NCBI GenBank assembly: GCA_002505945.1 | Contig: DAWM01000022.1 | Location: forward strand, 19,032-55,701 | DNA length: 36,670 nucleotides | Direction: 5' to 3' | From: Candidatus Woesearchaeota archaeon UBA119 | Lineage (GTDB): Archaea > Nanobdellota > Nanobdellia > Woesearchaeales > UBA119 | Part shown: piece after piece, positions 36,101-36,670 of the stretch | Layout of the letters: every line of letters starts with the position of its first letter | Position numbering within the stretch: position 1 is the first letter of the stretch | The notes under the pieces: generated by a model | Told to the model about the DNA's origin: nothing | Database searches by the model: none | Seen by the model: only the letters and a program-made list of their open reading frames with translations | Program-made: the position numbers and the translations under genes

Positions 36101-36670
36101 TTCATTCATTTCTGTCTCTATTTCTTCAATATTTGCTTCAGTTACCATATCCACACATTTGTGAAGACTTCTCTCCACAGCATCAGAGATTGCTTCTTTA
36201 TTAGGGCTACTATCATATGCTACAACCCATTTGTCTGTTACTTTTCTATAACAAGACCCATATGTTGCGCTTTTTTCTACAAGATAGTTCTTAAGTACTG
36301 AATTGCAATTAAAAAGATATGGTTCTTCTGTTCTATCAGCAATTAGCAGGATTGAAACACCTATCTCTTCTGATAACACAACCTTATCATTTTCTTTATT
36401 TACCAATTCTGCTTTGCCACTTGAAAACTTTATTTCATACCTATCAAGGTTTCCATAGAAATATTCTTGTTTAATCTTATTATAGTTTAGTTTTATTTGT
36501 TTTCCAGGAGCATTTGCTTTATCTTTGTTGATTCTGGTTATCTCTTCTTTCAGGTCGTCTATGAATCTTTCAAATCCTTTTTTAGCGTAGTACTCAGGAA
36601 TCTTCAGGCAGTCTTGGTGCGGCTCGCATTGAACATCTTCTTGCGCTCCCTCAAATCTAGAACACATGTA
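27185..36670 (-). CDS. giant modular Cys-bearing protein (at least 3,160 aa; N-terminus outside the window), putative secreted or surface protein of unknown family
   Basis: Uninterrupted reading frame from the right window edge to the TAA at 27187-27185. The first in-frame ATG is only 3 nt from the edge, so the ORF is 5'-truncated. It has a strongly periodic ~550-aa module structure with conserved motifs and Cys positions (see repeat features). There is no TM helix in the visible part. Confidence 0.85.
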   Translation of the reverse strand, partial: YMCSRFEGAQEDVQCEPHQDCLKIPEYYAKKGFERFIDDLKEEITRINKDKANAPGKQIKLNYNKIKQEYFYGNLDRYEIKFSSGKAELVNKENDKVVLSEEIGVSILLIADRTEEPYLFNCNSVLKNYLVEKSATYGSCYRKVTDKWVVAYDSSPNKEAISDAVERSLHKCVDMVTEANIEEIETEMNEFFNNKKTKALVIFLDKNAPDLEFTTLGNYIMSKEINVEINQESLVLKDSSESGIIERPKGQSYLVLLRNCSKPSGAAIVDFIGEDEDEAEFNNLKTKLEDIREAKNAAPNVFHKEMCSGSLEKLNEYIDCVNEKIELEDNDYIIVKFGIGEDEKARINEEQKHFNLTSSLRYYPQFSKQMQMDEDIKINGDKGFIEAGKNEKIKFSRYYLKDVEECYQKDDSNIYLSKTEESLEGSCNSFKGELSSIYNKKCEDVGNAIPLIKEALEGKGRRVINTDEFLNALETLEYDGKDSELVAKFITSEESTPYPIKKVAILNEENVDPLNSGETEVIARIVEPTQRTIIRFLIEDYKGIEITNRDPIDILYSNKVALELKQINEEPVLVINFKGEETAWDIAKVYFDEFVNGLKSKIENEVNNDKPMDIVLNYNLINKECFKGILNIFNIFVANGKITLKGEENKIYLKKIGVESTSEYNLKEIFGLRNYIISLTHNKPCNEMIDSWRVITEDKYQNREDAVKTIKSISIAECEYIDGFYNFIEALNSTIEENEDSGEAMNITLNYNEVVDNYFFGNLEEYRIKFLEKEAKLLFYSKEYSTGTNFIAQSNYGEKLANGFDFNYHTLLRNYMIENDDDDNKRCYRKTNKGNWVMDGANKPRATAIHSGPTNIKSCTEVQKETMIDEIVNKVESFFAEDNWKVLVINLTEETPGLELTTFDNGNNPDTFLLKGETIETNGVKDIILKGAGKRGFLIFLRNCSYPKESVVVDFVGKAEGNKEYNSLNDKIISIRESEGRANQVFYHETCLDTISNINTRIDCVDEYLGAEDYTIVKWPSKKEGESVSLMKGNKQFVVNSDDRYYPQYSKEFSRPLEIKGNADNLFSGTEEKELLFTKYNYSTEYYCYKKDEDLIFVGSTEINMVGDTCYTPDDASLSPIKPKCDEVGLAIKKIKTVLAHDNFVNEATIERAEYFFKALNFIKKPWSHVLDVGYSNGEEKSYRLYLEPIIFYPNIAGDTEEYVLENGEKANFLNTLKIEIYGEDEISTGIVPSSKVHIKKKAEERIFWRFEIRFEKGKEEQVINEERLKQGFKDFTTKLNNLAYSHEDEPTFFSLTLDNIANEYFKEDKGLFEDETLMIEFSNQKATLKYQYLNSGGVIASRDSYYIHADETRTLTNNPLIIGNFDLSEKNSKYCYTPINWKLGGGQVTDTGLEDINDKKTTTTLYGIQIDKYSLPECSGLVKEQDVESFIGEIDNFFADKNRKAGIFFNEDGYLGGVFEKSGESLIYLSKEGDKFDIETPGQNVNIKEGYMQKGGILKLVRNCSYDSNNVILDVVASDKAENSKLRKYFDSGDGVVQYERCSESLTNINKGITCANDLLNREKDYALINLEFEKTEKLSIQPYWNEFKLTSANRYFPQYSDKLEKPIGKIIMKAQDSESYYSLLELSIEGNKRIKMSKGYIDETGGVLKGNDNYLYITDLRATSGSACEYWDEKEPEGSETITTIKDIIENGGSAEINTNDFFEAIDNIEYNKAEDEDQPKFSVFFKGNDGGAQTNPGVKTSGIKHVRIIYQKENGEYERKVIELGDEETIFYLSSTNTFYRIQITNPASIGDFANSEKMVLKREGDTITMNFMGEESEFYEIRNSFSSFVNDLNGKLSDYSDDVMSIIIDHDKVNEVYFNGNLGHLTITFKNNMVDLSSGTTHIMKVGLDLASEKNYVLSKNNNIIISNFETRTEKKSDGTDIECYDKLQKWKIISYDNSRIKREKPFWVIESHMDNCEKIGGEDKTEELGESISEFFNNNWKALIIKIDDDTPKFTINFDYSMKGFSIRYGDFNYGITGQETIILKDFNNNVRIIEKPAGEYFLLFLRECSYQNQHGEVIVDLIDANEDEYTKLKNHIDSIITTEYTPIYYHEKCSPTLDAINARISCVEDNLWNSDYTIVKWPGRENGESISLMEGNEQFVVDSDYRFYPQYSKKMRTPWVTQGEESSILSSGNVLLFSKYFQQEGCYAQGNSNIYITPTSLDMVGNTCYTADDASLSPIKPKCSEVGDAISKIKSLLDNGGEITMGIQKFFKAVDYFESAYPNNKLEFGVKFVGGEEINQELYISSEEINSVIIDYPTSDKIFLRRKTDTQQQVRIDLKESMYNIEFNNGQNPIASIPASGYVVLKIEGNKLIMEFDQVGTINQELKDSFAQLITDIKDAENNNENYATRIILDLNSIKSQYFSGHENLFDERGQLGQLKIVFLNKKAVLRYYLNGEIYELARGSTGINVEGEVVLTGNIPTVIRNHNLNSASECYIKEDWAIGGVYNNDQEIEFKKDEYNGLTIETNKELEECSKEIQKEIDTAVLDALDKFFNDKNIKAFVGYASEAFPKGSFRVVSQGGGLMYSSGENLYELQTSDNIVNILDGEVSETGSLLVLVRNCSQGDEDVILTVLEKGEGGHDGIKEHFDLKGNNELAYEGCSETLSDINKRINDNECINYIEDEDTYNFTLVKFPIPSDEQLIIRNGEEIFELESNDKYFTQFSDKLESKIKLADGNREAVFSGETKLKFSKYYYDKDNECYEYDPDSLFVSETTHSMEGSCDIPWFANIDEPKCMAVGDVISKIKDILANGGGEILKTEQVFNAIKSLEYTNPIDDPGWALGLYLRNQEEKTPTKYTINKIVIEDIEGERREIDFGTEEIVLEFLEKTYIIELVQGVKASEQILNIDDDGNVLFKVSKDEVGKRVLTMDFRKRDINTFKAFVDEAGELVKETGQIIIAPYTWVITNWNSLQTRLMLNIFDMRLKQDLNKNKMVNLKFQEMLKNVNVKETKIKLERTGDITLFVEENEYPLFTENNDKTYLIFISEPVENPVISPCINFYQSEGFCLEGIAEFKEEFQGKCEIPISIKQDEMEFSETIQNGFCGNKDTIPAYGLIAWSFKNFYMKKIQYGGESVLFMVASTKDVVEDKLNAMLESYVGDITYLKNADYELFNNEK
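27188..27889 (-). repeat. giant-ORF C-terminal 234-aa region (aa 2927-3160), possibly a degenerate partial module
   Basis: It begins with a module-start-like FVDEAGELVKE..MVNLKFQEM and then diverges. It contains 5 Cys (SPCINFYQSEGFC..GKC..GFCGN), no TM helix and no anchor motif that I recognise. Confidence 0.4.
27890..29536 (-). repeat. giant-ORF module 5 (aa 2378-2926, subtype B)
   Basis: LITDI..ILDLNSIKSQYFSG, SECYIKEDWAIGG, LEECSK..LDKFFNDKN, LVRNCS (aa 2605), YEGCSETLSDINKRI, KYFTQFSDKLESKI, GSCDIPW..PKCMAVGDVISKIK, LTMDFRKRD. Confidence 0.7.
29537..31177 (-). repeat. giant-ORF module 4 (aa 1831-2377, subtype A, closest to module 2)
   Basis: FVNDL..IIDHDKVNEVYFNGNL, IECYDKLQKW, FLRECS (aa 2051), YHEKCSPT..ISC, DYTIVKWPGRENGESISLMEGNEQFVV..RFYPQYSK, VGNTCYTADDASLSPIKPKCSEVGDAISKIK. 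Confidence 0.7.
31178..32845 (-). repeat. giant-ORF module 3 (aa 1275-1830, subtype B)
   Basis: FTTKL..TLDNIANEYF, KYCYTPINWKLGGG, LPECSG..IDNFFADKN, LVRNCS (aa 1502), YERCSESLTNINKGITC, RYFPQYSDKLEKPI, ITMNFMGEE. It has only 6 of the 8 module Cys. Confidence 0.7.
32846..34492 (-). repeat. giant-ORF module 2 (aa 726-1274, subtype A)
   Basis: FIEAL..TLNYNEVVDNYFFGNL, KRCYRKTNKGNW, FLRNCS (aa 941), YHETCLDT..IDC, DYTIVKWPSKKEGESVSLMKGNKQFVV..RYYPQYSK, VGDTCYTPDDASLSPIKPKCDEVGLAIKKIK. Confidence 0.7.
34493..34891 (-). repeat. giant-ORF truncated module (aa 593-725; first ~130 aa of a module only)
   Basis: FVNGL..VLNYNLINKECFKGIL..LRNYIISLTHNKPCNEMIDSW reproduces the module N-terminus. It then joins directly to the start of module 2 (FIEAL at aa 726). 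Confidence 0.6.
34892..36565 (-). repeat. giant-ORF module 1 (aa 35-592, subtype A)
   Basis: Landmarks: FIDDL..KLNYNKIKQEYFYGNL, GSCYRKVTDKW, LLRNCS (aa 257), HKEMCSGSL..IDC, RYYPQFSK, GSCNS..KKCEDVGNAIPLIK, LVINFKGEE. Confidence 0.7.

Noticed and set aside
36665-36667. ATG at 36667 as the true start of the giant ORF (MCSRFEGAQ...)
   Set aside because: It lies 3 nt from the window edge with the frame still open, and no SD box or promoter can be seen. The first 34 aa look like the tail or junction of a preceding repeat unit. I treat the gene as 5'-truncated.
27185-36670. Periodic repeats as a CRISPR array or non-coding tandem repeat
   Set aside because: The period is ~1.65 kb, the copies are divergent, and all lie in one uninterrupted reading frame with conserved amino-acid motifs. 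These are protein modules, not a repeat-spacer array.
1-36670. Mobile element, prophage or defence island signatures (integrase, transposase, terminal inverted repeats, tRNA-adjacent att sites, toxin-antitoxin pairs, restriction-modification)
   Set aside because: I recognised none of these in any frame. The possible polymorphic-toxin reading of the giant ORF plus the small downstream genes is kept only as an alternative hypothesis, because no toxin domain motif is visible in the C-terminal 234 aa.

Overview
This 36.7-kb window is chromosomal DNA from an AT-rich archaeon. The archaeal assignment rests on the RFC small subunit, aRF1 with NIKS/GGQ motifs, the AglB oligosaccharyltransferase, TrmB and Lrp regulators, and BRE/TATA-like boxes (AAAnnTTTAAATA type) about 26 nt upstream of many ATGs. 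A small-genome DPANN-type lineage is my guess only. I support about 28 protein genes. By eye I found no rRNA, tRNA, CRISPR array, transposase or integrase. The left part carries a bacterial-style upp-uraA operon (uraA is missing from the ORF track), AbrB-PhoU and Lrp regulators, and three tandem paralogous lipobox/6-Cys lipoproteins. It continues with RFC, a PRC-barrel protein, a P2-type cation ATPase, a membrane-tethered ArsR-like HTH, an ABC-2 transporter with a YhgE/Pip-like ectodomain, aRF1 and a DUF45-like metallohydrolase. The right part is a cell-envelope island: an orphan type-I membrane protein, a canonical Lgt, a TrmB regulator, and aglB-GT2-small membrane protein, with a convergent GT2 and radical-SAM (SPASM-like) pair. 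The most unusual locus is an ORF of at least 3,160 codons whose 5' end lies beyond the window. It is built from regular ~550-aa modules with 8 conserved Cys each, which I cannot assign to any family. It is translationally coupled to two paralogous ~86-aa genes that encode an MKNKKS + hydrophobic helix N-terminus and a C-x7-C-x6-C-x12-C-x3/4-CC head. Everything here is manual reading and motif recognition; no searches, folds or statistics were run. Several ORF-track starts (GTG/TTG or upstream ATG) were moved to starts supported by a Shine-Dalgarno box or a promoter.
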